A stretch of DNA of 64,000 bases, taken from contig CALRJN020000012.1 of assembly GCA_943367555.1 (NCBI GenBank), forward strand, positions 12,335-76,334, read 5' to 3'. This DNA is from Synechococcus sp. UW140. Its GTDB lineage: Bacteria > Actinomycetota > Actinomycetes > Actinomycetales > Microbacteriaceae. Under the pieces are notes generated by a model. That model ran no database searches, was not told the origin of the DNA, and worked only from the letters and a program-made list of their open reading frames with translations. Positions 53,182-61,557 of this stretch are shown here, one piece after another; the stretch's first letter is position 1, and every line of letters starts with the position of its first letter. Position numbers and translations under genes: made by a program.

Positions 53182-54018
53182 TTACTTCTTGGCGGGTGCG
53201 GCCGCGGGCTCGTCGATCGAGTCCTCGATCTTCGCGAACTCCGCGTCGTCGGCGTGCGACTTCATGCGGGCGATCTGGAAGATGATCACGCCGTAGACCG
53301 CCTTGGCCAGGATGTCGGCCACGGAGTAGCCGATCTGCTTGCCCACCCAGGCATCGGCACCCGAGATGTTGAGCAGCGGCAGCATGTAGGCGATCGGGTA
53401 GACGCCCCACGACAGCAGCAGCAGGAAGCGCAGCTGGCTGATCCTCGAGCGCACGCCCGCGGACTGGAGGTCGAGCGACTTCGTGAGCTGCACGAAGAGC
53501 ACGTACAGGATGTACAGGAACGGCAGGGTCGACAGGATGCCGAAGATCGTTCGCACGGTGTTGTCGCCGCTGATCTCGCCCGGGTAGCCGAGCGCGATCA
53601 TGAGCGCCGCGGCGGGAACGAGGCGCATGAGGAGGCCACGCTGGATGTGCTTGGCGAGCGCGAGCACGGCAACGAGCTCGACGAGCAGCAGCGGCACGGT
53701 GAGGAACCAGTCCACGTAGCGGTAGCCCTCGTTGAACGACTGGCCGACGGCTTGCGTGTACGTTCCGACACCACCGACGGCGTCCGTCACGAACGCCTCG
53801 CGGAACGAGTCGAAGATCCGGAAGTAGTGGTAGGCGGCGATCCCGCAGACGATCGCGGCGATCGCGATGGCCTGACGGTAGCGCGGCAGGACGCGCTGCA
53901 TCCCGACCACGAGGAACAACGCAGTGAACAACTGCGAGGCGATCACGAGGGACAGGAAGTTGTAGACGGTGTCGTACTGAAGTTGACTCAGGGAGTCGGG
54001 AATCATCTGATCCTCCAT
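53182..54018 (-). CDS. microbial (type 1) rhodopsin, DTE-motif proton-pump type (actinorhodopsin/xanthorhodopsin-like)
   Basis: 7-TM, 278-aa protein. Helix C is RYVDWFLTVPLLLVE (D103, T107, E114). Helix G is SVADILAKAVYG (D235, Schiff-base K239, codon 53302..53304 verified). H64 sits in AAYHYF and Leu111 at the spectral-tuning position. Start may be M5 (54006). Confidence 0.85.
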   Translation of the reverse strand: MEDQMIPDSLSQLQYDTVYNFLSLVIASQLFTALFLVVGMQRVLPRYRQAIAIAAIVCGIAAYHYFRIFDSFREAFVTDAVGGVGTYTQAVGQSFNEGYRYVDWFLTVPLLLVELVAVLALAKHIQRGLLMRLVPAAALMIALGYPGEISGDNTVRTIFGILSTLPFLYILYVLFVQLTKSLDLQSAGVRSRISQLRFLLLLSWGVYPIAYMLPLLNISGADAWVGKQIGYSVADILAKAVYGVIIFQIARMKSHADDAEFAKIEDSIDEPAAAPAKK

Positions 54019-54157
54019 TGGAGATGAGTTGAACAGGCCGCCGATGCCGTTGCCGGGGGCAGGGGCGTCGCCACGCTACGCCCGAAGTCAAGCCCCCCGA
54101 CAGGGCCACGACGATTCAGGTGGCACCCCCTACGATGAAGGGGAGCGAGGAGGCTCG

Positions 54158-55027
54158 ATGCCGAAAAAGACCGTCACCCGCAACGATGCGACCTTCACCG
54201 ATCCGCAGGGCGTGCGCATCCACTGGTACTCCTGGCGTGCCCCCAAGCCGAAGGCGGTGATCCAGCTCGCCCACGGTCTCGGCGATCACGCGCTGCGGTA
54301 CGAGCAGACCGCGAACGACCTCGTCGCGGCCGGATACTCCGTCTACGCGAACGACCACCGCGGTCACGGCGCGACCGGGATGGAGCAGTGGGGCGGTGAC
54401 ACCTCGAAGCTCGGCAAGCTCGGCCCCGGCGGCTTCCGGGCGACGGTCGCGGACGAGCTCCAGTTCACCGGCATCGTCAAGGCCGAGAACCCGGGCGTGC
54501 CGATCGTGCTGCTCGGGCACTCGTGGGGTTCGATCATCGCGCAGGAGATCATCAACACCCACTCCGCCGACTACGACGCGGCCGTGCTCACCGGCACCGC
54601 CTTCCGCACGTTCGGCGACATGAACGGCGGTGACCTCAACGCGAAGCACAAGCACCTCGGCACCACCGGCAACGAGTGGCTCAGCCGCGACGTCTCCGTG
54701 CACACCGCGTTCCGGGATGACCCGCTCACCTTCACCGCGACGGCGCTCAAGCTCTTCGGGCTCGCCGACGGGTTGCGCCTGCTCGGCACGCCCGCGAAGA
54801 ACCTCGCCCGCGACATCCCGCTGCTGATGATGATCGGCAGCGAGGACTCGCTCGGCGGGGAGAAGAGCATCGAGAAGCTCGCCTCGGCGTATGTGACCAA
54901 GTCGGGGCTCGACGACGTCAAGGCGATCGTCTACCCGGGCGCCCGCCACGAGGTGTTCAACGAGACCAACCGCGACGAGGTCATCGCTGATCTCGTCGCG
55001 TGGTTGGGCGACCGCCTGCCCGCATGA
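54158..55027 (+). CDS. alpha/beta hydrolase (lysophospholipase / monoacylglycerol lipase-like)
   Basis: ATG 54158 after GAGCGAGGAGG. HGLGDHALRY, NDHRGHG, nucleophile elbow GHSWGS, C-terminal ARHEVFNE. Confidence 0.8.
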   Translation: MPKKTVTRNDATFTDPQGVRIHWYSWRAPKPKAVIQLAHGLGDHALRYEQTANDLVAAGYSVYANDHRGHGATGMEQWGGDTSKLGKLGPGGFRATVADELQFTGIVKAENPGVPIVLLGHSWGSIIAQEIINTHSADYDAAVLTGTAFRTFGDMNGGDLNAKHKHLGTTGNEWLSRDVSVHTAFRDDPLTFTATALKLFGLADGLRLLGTPAKNLARDIPLLMMIGSEDSLGGEKSIEKLASAYVTKSGLDDVKAIVYPGARHEVFNETNRDEVIADLVAWLGDRLPA

Positions 55028-55458
55028 GTTCCGTCTTCACCGAGATCCTCGCGGGTCGGTCGCCGGGCCGCTTCGTGTGGCGGGATGACACGTGCTTCGC
55101 GATTCTCACCATCGAGCCGCGGCGCCCCGGGCACACCCTGGTGATCCCGAACGTCGAGGTGGATCACTGGCTCGACCTGCCCGAACAGACGGTCGAGCAC
55201 ATCTTCCGGGTCGGACGCGTCATCGGGCTCGCGCAGCAGGAGGAGTGGGACTCGCCGCGGGTGGGCGTGATGTACGAGGGCTACATGGTGCCGCATTCGC
55301 ACCTGCACGTCTGGCCGAGTTGGACGGTGTTCGAGTACAGCCACACCGGCATCGACCGCCATGCGACGCCGGCGGACCTGGATGCCGCGGCGGAGCGTCT
55401 GCGGGCGCGACTCGTCGCGCGAGGTCACGGGACCTTCGTCCCGGCCCCCGGAGAGTAG
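55024..55458 (+). CDS. HIT family protein
   Basis: ATG 55024 overlaps the upstream TGA (ATGA). Histidine triad HSHLHVWP. Confidence 0.85.
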   Translation: MSSVFTEILAGRSPGRFVWRDDTCFAILTIEPRRPGHTLVIPNVEVDHWLDLPEQTVEHIFRVGRVIGLAQQEEWDSPRVGVMYEGYMVPHSHLHVWPSWTVFEYSHTGIDRHATPADLDAAAERLRARLVARGHGTFVPAPGE

Positions 55459-55486
55459 CCCCGCGAGCTTTGGTTAGGCTTACCTG

Positions 55487-56536
55487 ATGCACGGTGAATT
55501 CAAGGTGCCCGGGGGCAAGCTCGTGGTCGTCGACCTCGAGGTGGCCGACGGGGTGATCTCCGCCTTCCGACTCGCCGGCGACTTCTTCCTCGAGCCCGAC
55601 AGCGCGCTCGCCGACATCGATGCGGCCGTGCTCGGCGTGCCGGTGACGGCGGATCCGACGGCGATCGCCGACCGCATCCGCCGCGCCCTGCCCGAGGGCG
55701 CGAGCCTGCTGGGCTTCTCCCCGGAGTCGGTGGCCACGGCGATCCGCCGTGCCCTCCAGGACGCCACCGGCTGGCGCGACTACGACTGGCAGCTCATCCA
55801 GGGCCCGGCGCTCGACCCCGTGCTGCAGATGGCCCTCGACCAGGTGCTTGCCGAGGAGGTCGGCGCCGGGCGCCGCAAGCCCACCCTGCGCATCTGGGAG
55901 TGGGAGAAGCCCGCCGTGGTGATCGGCAGCTTCCAATCGGTGAAGAACGAGGTGGATCTCGCGAACGCCGAGAAGTACGGCTTCGACATCGTGCGCCGCA
56001 TCTCCGGCGGCGGGGCGATGTTCATGGAGGCCGGCTCGGTGATCACCTACTCGATCTACGTGCCGACCCCGCTCGTGCAGGGGATGAGCTTCGCCGACTC
56101 GTACGCGTTCCTCGACGAGTGGGTCATCCTCGCGCTCAAGTCCCTCGGGATCGAGGCGAGCTACGTGCCACTCAACGACATCACGAGCACGAAGGGCAAG
56201 ATCGGCGGGGCCGCGCAGAAGCGCCTCGGCACCGGCGCCGTGCTGCACCACGTCACCATGAGCTACGACATGGACGGCGACAAGATGGTCGAGGTGCTGC
56301 GCATCGGTCGCGAGAAGATGAGCGACAAGGGAACGAAGAGCGCCAACAAGCGCGTGGACCCCTTGCGCAGTCAGACCGGGCTCACGCGGCCCGAGATCAT
56401 CGAGCGGATGATCGGCACCTTCCGCGGGTTGTACGGGCTCACGGCGGATGAGATCCACCCCGACGAACTCGCCCGCGCCCAGGCGCTCGTGGTGGAGAAG
56501 TTCGGCACCGAGGACTGGCTGCAGCGGGTGCCGTGA
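55487..56536 (+). CDS. lplA: lipoate--protein ligase, circularly permuted form
   Basis: The accessory (normally C-terminal) domain comes first (GEFKVPGGKLVVVDLEV.DGVI...GDFF). It is followed by the catalytic domain (RRISGGGAMFME, KGKIGGAAQKR). Confidence 0.8.
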   Translation: MHGEFKVPGGKLVVVDLEVADGVISAFRLAGDFFLEPDSALADIDAAVLGVPVTADPTAIADRIRRALPEGASLLGFSPESVATAIRRALQDATGWRDYDWQLIQGPALDPVLQMALDQVLAEEVGAGRRKPTLRIWEWEKPAVVIGSFQSVKNEVDLANAEKYGFDIVRRISGGGAMFMEAGSVITYSIYVPTPLVQGMSFADSYAFLDEWVILALKSLGIEASYVPLNDITSTKGKIGGAAQKRLGTGAVLHHVTMSYDMDGDKMVEVLRIGREKMSDKGTKSANKRVDPLRSQTGLTRPEIIERMIGTFRGLYGLTADEIHPDELARAQALVVEKFGTEDWLQRVP

Positions 56537-57573
56537 GCCGAGTCCCCCGCGCCGTTCTTCTCTCGACCAGCCTCGCGGTGCTGCTGGTCGGGGGCGTCGT
56601 GCTGTCCGCGGCGGTCGGCCAGCTGGCGATCAGTCCCTCGGAGGTGCTCGGCTCCGTGCTGCGCGCGCTCGGCATCCCGACCTCGCTCGCCCCGACGGAC
56701 CCGATCATCGAGTCGACGCTCTGGGTGGTGCGCTTCCCGCGGATCGCAATGGCGCTCGCCGTCGGGGCGGCGCTCGCCGTGGCGGGCGCGGTGATGCAGG
56801 CGATCTTCGGCAACCCGCTCGCCGAGCCCGGTGTCGTCGGGGTCTCCTCGGGCGGCGCCCTCGGCGCGGCGATCGGCATCGTGCTCGGGGTGACCGCGCT
56901 CGGCAGCGGCGGGATCGCGATCCTCGCCTTCATCGGCGGTCTCGGCGCCACCCTGCTCGTGTACGCCGTCTCGAGGGCGAACGGCCGCACCGAGGTCGTG
57001 ACCCTCCTGCTCACCGGGATCGCGGTCAACGCCTTCGCCGGAGCGGGACTGGCGTTCCTCCTGTTCATCGCCGACTCCGGCAGCCGCGAGCAGATCGTCT
57101 TCTGGCAGCTGGGAAGCCTCGGCGGGTCCCGCTGGAGCGAGGTCGGCATCGTCGCGGTCGTCACGGCACTGGGCACGGCCGTGGCGATCATGCTCGGGCG
57201 CCGCTACGACCTCCTCGCCCTGGGCGAGCGCAACGCGCGTCACCTCGGGGTGGATGTCGAGAAGCTGCGGATCGGCTCGATCGTGCTCGTGGCCCTGCTC
57301 ACCGGCGTCGCCGTGGCGTTCTGCGGGATCATCGCCTTCGTCGGTCTGGTGGTGCCCCACATCATCCGCATGGCGATCGGGCCGGCGCACCGCGCGCTCA
57401 TCCTCGCGAGCGGGGTCGGCGGCGGTGCGCTCCTCGTGCTCTCCGATCTCGCCGCACGCTCCGTGGTGCCCGGCGCCGACCTGCCGATCGGGCTGCTCAC
57501 GAGCCTCATCGGCGGGCCGTTCTTCTTCTTCCTGCTGTTCCGCCAGCGCCGTCGCAGCGGAGGGTGGGCATGA
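56533..57573 (+). CDS. hmuU: iron/heme-chelate ABC transporter permease (FecCD family)
   Basis: FPRIAMALAVGAALAVAGAVMQ..F.NPLAEPG..GVSSG, GPFFFFLL. GTG overlaps the upstream stop. Confidence 0.9.
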   Translation: MSRVPRAVLLSTSLAVLLVGGVVLSAAVGQLAISPSEVLGSVLRALGIPTSLAPTDPIIESTLWVVRFPRIAMALAVGAALAVAGAVMQAIFGNPLAEPGVVGVSSGGALGAAIGIVLGVTALGSGGIAILAFIGGLGATLLVYAVSRANGRTEVVTLLLTGIAVNAFAGAGLAFLLFIADSGSREQIVFWQLGSLGGSRWSEVGIVAVVTALGTAVAIMLGRRYDLLALGERNARHLGVDVEKLRIGSIVLVALLTGVAVAFCGIIAFVGLVVPHIIRMAIGPAHRALILASGVGGGALLVLSDLAARSVVPGADLPIGLLTSLIGGPFFFFLLFRQRRRSGGWA

Positions 57574-58328
57574 TCCGCGCGACGGGAGTCGGCGTCGACC
57601 TCGACGGCGCGACGGTGCTCGACGACATCACGATCGACGTCGTCCCGGGCGAGGTGCTCGTGCTCGTCGGACCGAACGGGGCCGGCAAGTCCACGCTGCT
57701 CGGGGTGCTCAGCGGCGAGAGGCGGCCCACCCGCGGAACGGTGGAGTTCGACGGGCGTGAGCTCGGCAGCATCCGGGGCACCGAGCTGGCGCGCTTGCGC
57801 AGCGTGCTCACGCAAGAGAACACGGTGAGCTTCCCGTTCCGGGTCGCCGAGGTGGTGGCCATGGGGCGGGCGCCGTGGGCCCGCACGATCGAGGGTCGAG
57901 ACGACGTCTCCGCCGTCACCGAGGCGATGGATGCCGCGGACATCCGCCACCTCGCCACCCGCCGTTACACTTCCCTCTCCGGGGGCGAGAAGGCGCGGGT
58001 CTCTCTCGCCCGGGTGCTCGCGCAGCAGGCGGGGACGATCTTCCTCGACGAGCCGACCGCGGCCCTCGACCTCCGGCACCAGGAGGACGTGATGCGCCGG
58101 GCCCGGGCGCTCGCCGACGGCGGCCGCGCGGTGGTCGTCGTGCTGCACGACCTGTCGCTCGCGAGCGCCTACGCCGACCGGCTCGCCCTCATCGCCGCGG
58201 GGCGGCTCGAGGCGCTCGGGAGTCCCGCGGAGGTACTCACCGAGGAGAGGGTTGAGCGCGTGTACGGCCTGCCCGTCGAACTGCATCTCGTGGCCGGACG
58301 CCCGGTCGTCGTTCCCACTCGCCCGTAG
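57570..58328 (+). CDS. hmuV: heme/iron-chelate ABC transporter ATP-binding protein
   Basis: ATG 57570 overlaps the upstream TGA. Walker A GPNGAGKST, signature LSGGE, Walker B IFLDEPT. Confidence 0.9.
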   Translation: MIRATGVGVDLDGATVLDDITIDVVPGEVLVLVGPNGAGKSTLLGVLSGERRPTRGTVEFDGRELGSIRGTELARLRSVLTQENTVSFPFRVAEVVAMGRAPWARTIEGRDDVSAVTEAMDAADIRHLATRRYTSLSGGEKARVSLARVLAQQAGTIFLDEPTAALDLRHQEDVMRRARALADGGRAVVVVLHDLSLASAYADRLALIAAGRLEALGSPAEVLTEERVERVYGLPVELHLVAGRPVVVPTRP

Positions 58329-58337
58329 ACTGACCCG

Positions 58338-58625
58338 ATGGATCCGTGGATCGTTCTCGCCGTGGTGGTCGGCGTGGGCGTGCTCACGTGGGTCGCGCAG
58401 CACTTCGGGTGGATCGACCTGAGCAACAAGTCGAAGACGTCGGGCAGCAAGGGCGGCGCGCTCGGCATCGGGGATGAGGTCTTCCATCCCACCCGGCACG
58501 AAGCGCAGATCGAGCTCGACCGCCAGACCGTGCTTCCCGCCCCGGCGCCGGTCGCGGGCGATGGCGACAAGGGCGTCTACGACGGGCGCGTGCACATCGA
58601 TCTCGACGACCCTGAGGACCGCTAG
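58338..58625 (+). CDS. small membrane-anchored hypothetical protein (DUF6191-like)
   Basis: One N-terminal TM (WIVLAVVVGVGVLTWV), then a polar tail with FHPTRHEAQIELDRQ...IDLD. Family assignment is from memory only. Confidence 0.4.
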   Translation: MDPWIVLAVVVGVGVLTWVAQHFGWIDLSNKSKTSGSKGGALGIGDEVFHPTRHEAQIELDRQTVLPAPAPVAGDGDKGVYDGRVHIDLDDPEDR

Positions 58626-58906
58626 CGCTCCAGCAGGTCCTGATAGTCGGGATGCCGCTCGATCCACGCCGAGACGTAGGGGCACCGGGCGACGACCCGA
58701 AGGTCGGTCTCGGCCCGCACGAGATTGAGGGCGCCGCGCACGAGTTCGCTCGCGAGCCCGTGCTCGCGCATCGCCGGGTCGATCTCGGTGTGGATGAAGA
58801 CGATCGTGTCGTCCCGGAGCACGTACTCGGTGACGCCCGCGTGAGCGCCGTCCACGAGCAGTTCGAAGCGGTTCATCGCCGCGTCCTGGATCACCTCGGT
58901 AGCCAC
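58622..58906 (-). CDS. GNAT family N-acetyltransferase (YjdJ-like, single-domain)
   Basis: NRFELLVDGAHAGVTEY....DTIVFIHTEIDPAMREHGLASELVRGALN..R......V...CPYV.AWI.RHPDYQDL. Confidence 0.75.
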   Translation of the reverse strand: MATEVIQDAAMNRFELLVDGAHAGVTEYVLRDDTIVFIHTEIDPAMREHGLASELVRGALNLVRAETDLRVVARCPYVSAWIERHPDYQDLLER

Positions 58907-58916
58907 GGGATCCAGC

Positions 58917-59942
58917 CTAGGCGCTGTCGCGCACCACGAGCCGGGTCGGCATCACCCGCACGCGTTCGGTCGGTTCCCCGCGCAGCAGCGCGAGCAGCAT
59001 CCGAGCCATCTCCTGTCCCATCTCCCGGGAGGGCTGGTGCACAGTCGTGATCCCGATCTCGCCGGTCATCGCCGCCGAGCTGTTGTCGAAGCCGACGATC
59101 GCGACATCGTCGGGCACCCGACGTCCGCGAGCCCGGAGTGCCGAGATCGCCCCGGTCGCCATGAGGTCGCTCGCGACGAACACCCCGTCGAGGTCGGGTG
59201 CGCGATCGAGCAGCTCGCGCATGGCCGCCGCGCCGCTGGCCATCGTGAAGTCGCCGTGCGCGACGAGCGAGGTGTCGAGACCGGCGGAGCGCATCGACGC
59301 CTCCCACCCGTCCTGACGATCGATCGACACCTGCATGTTCGGGGGACCGGTGATCGTGCCGATCCGGGTGCGCCCGACCTCGATGAGCCGGTCGGTGCCG
59401 AGGGTCGCGCCCGCGGTGTTGTCGACGTCGACGTAGTTGTTCCGGTGATTCTCCGGCTGGAAGGGACGACCACCGAAGACGACCGGGATCGTCGCGTCGA
59501 GCGTGGTGAAGAACGCGTCGCCCGAGTGGTGGGACACCACGATCGCGCCATCGACGTTGCCGCCGAGCAGGTAGCGGATCGTCTTCTCCGAGGGCGCCGA
59601 CGGCTTGGCGAGCTGGAGGTTGAGCACGTAGTCGCTGTCCTCGATCTCGCTCGTGATGCCCTGCATGATCTCGGCGAAGAACGGGTCGCCGAAGAACCGC
59701 TGCGCGTCCTCCGGCACGACGAGCGCGATCGCCGACGTCTGACGGTTCGCGAGCGAGCGGGCGGCCCGGTTGGGAACGTACTGCAGACGCTCGATCGCGG
59801 CGTTGACGCTGAGCAGCACATCCGGGCTCACATGGCTCGACCCGTTGACGACGCGGGACACCGTCGAGCGCGAGACCCCGGCCTCCGCGGCGACCGCCTC
59901 CAGTGTCGGGGCGACCCGCCGCACCGGGAGATCAAGGGCCAT
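58917..59942 (-). CDS. LacI family transcriptional regulator (CebR-like)
   Basis: Start cat 59940..59942. PTLEAVAAEAGVSRSTVSRVVNGSSHVSPD HTH plus a periplasmic-binding-protein fold. Immediately downstream of the GH1 gene. Confidence 0.85.
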   Translation of the reverse strand: MALDLPVRRVAPTLEAVAAEAGVSRSTVSRVVNGSSHVSPDVLLSVNAAIERLQYVPNRAARSLANRQTSAIALVVPEDAQRFFGDPFFAEIMQGITSEIEDSDYVLNLQLAKPSAPSEKTIRYLLGGNVDGAIVVSHHSGDAFFTTLDATIPVVFGGRPFQPENHRNNYVDVDNTAGATLGTDRLIEVGRTRIGTITGPPNMQVSIDRQDGWEASMRSAGLDTSLVAHGDFTMASGAAAMRELLDRAPDLDGVFVASDLMATGAISALRARGRRVPDDVAIVGFDNSSAAMTGEIGITTVHQPSREMGQEMARMLLALLRGEPTERVRVMPTRLVVRDSA

Positions 59943-59968
59943 GGTGGCGATTCTAGCCAGAGCGCCTC

Positions 59969-61381
59969 TTAGAGAGCGCGCCCCGCGATGATGTTCCTGT
60001 AAGCGATTGCACTGTCCTTGAGGATGCGCTCCTGGCTTTCGTAGTCGACCCGCACGAGGCCGAACCGCTTGTCGTAGCCCCAGGCCCACTCGAAGTTGTC
60101 CAGGAGCGACCAGTAGAAGTAGCCGCGCACCGGCACGCCCGCCTCGAGGGCGTCGAGGATCGCGTCGAGGTGCTGTTCGAGGAACGAGACCCGCTCGGCG
60201 TCGTGCACGGCCCCGTCGACGAGCACATCGTCGTAGGCCGCCCCGTTCTCGGTGACCGCAAGCGCGACTCCGGCCGGCTGCGCATACTCCGCGTGGATGC
60301 GCGTGAGCAGCCGCGTGAGCCCCTCCGGCTGCACCTCCCATCCCATCTCGGTCAGCGGAAGATCGCGCAGATGCCAGTGCACCGAGTCGGCCGCGGGGAA
60401 CGGGGAACGCTTGGGACGCTCCGACGGCGCCGTCGTCGACATCGTCCGTCCGGCGGGCGGGCGCGCGCTCACGAGCTCGCCGTGGTAGTAGTTCACGCCG
60501 AGCAGATCGATGGGCGCCGAGATGATCTCGAGGTCGCCGGGCGCGACGACGCTCTCGAAACCGAGGCCCGCGACATCCTCGAGCACATCATCCGGGTACG
60601 CGCCGCGGAAGATCGGGTCGAGGAAGAATCGATTGAACTGCCCGTCGATGCGCCGCGCGGCGTCGAGATCCCCCGGGTCGTCGCCATCCACGGGGTCGGC
60701 GACCGTGAGGTTGAGGGTGATCCCCAGGCTCAGGGACGGGTCGCGCCGACGCAGCTCCTCCACGACCAGGCCGTGGCCGAGCAGCAGGTGGTGCGCGGCC
60801 GCGAGTCCCGCGGCCGGGTCCTGGCGGCCCGGAGCGTGCTCGCCGCCGATGTAGCTGAGGAACGACGCGCACCACGGCTCGTTGAGCGTCGTCCACGACG
60901 TCACCCGGTCGCCGAGGCGGTCGTGCATCGCGGTCGCGTAGTCGAGGAAGCGGTACGCCGTGTCCCGCGCGGGCCACCCGCCCTTCTCCTCGAGCGCCTG
61001 GGGCAGATCCCAGTGGTACAGCGTGAGCCAGGGGTGGATGCCGTGCTCGAGCAGGTCATCCACGAGCCGCGAATAGAAGTCGAGTCCGGCCGCGTTGGGA
61101 GCTCCGCCGTCGGGGCAGACCCGCGACCACGACGCGGAGAACCGGTACGTCTGCAGGCCGAGGTCGGACATCAGCGTGACGTCGTCGTGGAACCGGTGGT
61201 AGTGATCGCACGCGACATCGCCGTTGTCCATGCCGACCACGGCGCCCGGAACCCGGCAGAACACGTCCCAGATCGAGTCGGTGCGCCCGTCCTCGTGAGC
61301 GGCCCCTTCGATCTGGTAGGCCGCCGTCGCCGCCCCGAACAGGAAGTCGGCGGGAAAGGCCCGGGGGGCGGGGTGCGGCAT
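59969..61381 (-). CDS. bglB: glycoside hydrolase family 1 beta-glucosidase
   Basis: FLFGAATAAYQIEGA, TLNEPW (acid/base Glu), VTENGAAY (nucleophile Glu), WSLLDNFEW. Confidence 0.9.
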   Translation of the reverse strand: MPHPAPRAFPADFLFGAATAAYQIEGAAHEDGRTDSIWDVFCRVPGAVVGMDNGDVACDHYHRFHDDVTLMSDLGLQTYRFSASWSRVCPDGGAPNAAGLDFYSRLVDDLLEHGIHPWLTLYHWDLPQALEEKGGWPARDTAYRFLDYATAMHDRLGDRVTSWTTLNEPWCASFLSYIGGEHAPGRQDPAAGLAAAHHLLLGHGLVVEELRRRDPSLSLGITLNLTVADPVDGDDPGDLDAARRIDGQFNRFFLDPIFRGAYPDDVLEDVAGLGFESVVAPGDLEIISAPIDLLGVNYYHGELVSARPPAGRTMSTTAPSERPKRSPFPAADSVHWHLRDLPLTEMGWEVQPEGLTRLLTRIHAEYAQPAGVALAVTENGAAYDDVLVDGAVHDAERVSFLEQHLDAILDALEAGVPVRGYFYWSLLDNFEWAWGYDKRFGLVRVDYESQERILKDSAIAYRNIIAGRAL

Positions 61382-61430
61382 GCGGGGACTCCTAGTCGAC
61401 GGTGACGGGGCGCTCCGCGTCCGAGCGACG

Positions 61431-61444
61431 TGAGAGCGCTCCCA
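61431..61444. promoter_or_regulatory. CebR-type operator TGAGAGCGCTCCCA (13/14 match to TGGGAGCGCTCCCA)
   Basis: Read directly, 50 nt upstream of the GH1 start codon. The consensus is recalled from the Streptomyces CebR literature. Confidence 0.6.
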
Positions 61445-61503
61445 CCACTGTAATCCGTGAAGCGTGCAAACGGTTGCGATCTCTCGAGATCGGAGCGCCG
61501 GCG

Positions 61504-61539
61504 CCCCGACGACGTCGATTCACCTCGACGTCGTCGGGC
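61504..61539 (-). terminator. terminator hairpin after the DHA2 MFS gene
   Basis: 15-bp perfect stem ccccgacgacgtcga / tcgacgtcgtcgggg with loop ttcacc, 19 nt past the stop at 61558. No U-tract. Confidence 0.55.
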
Positions 61540-61557
61540 GCGGGCGTGCGCCGCGGA

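Noticed and set aside
51346-55458. Genomic island or mobile element carrying the rhodopsin
   Set aside because: I saw no integrase, transposase, tRNA attachment site or flanking direct repeats. My hand counts do not show a clear G+C difference from the one neighbouring stretch I counted. Horizontal origin therefore remains an open question rather than a call.
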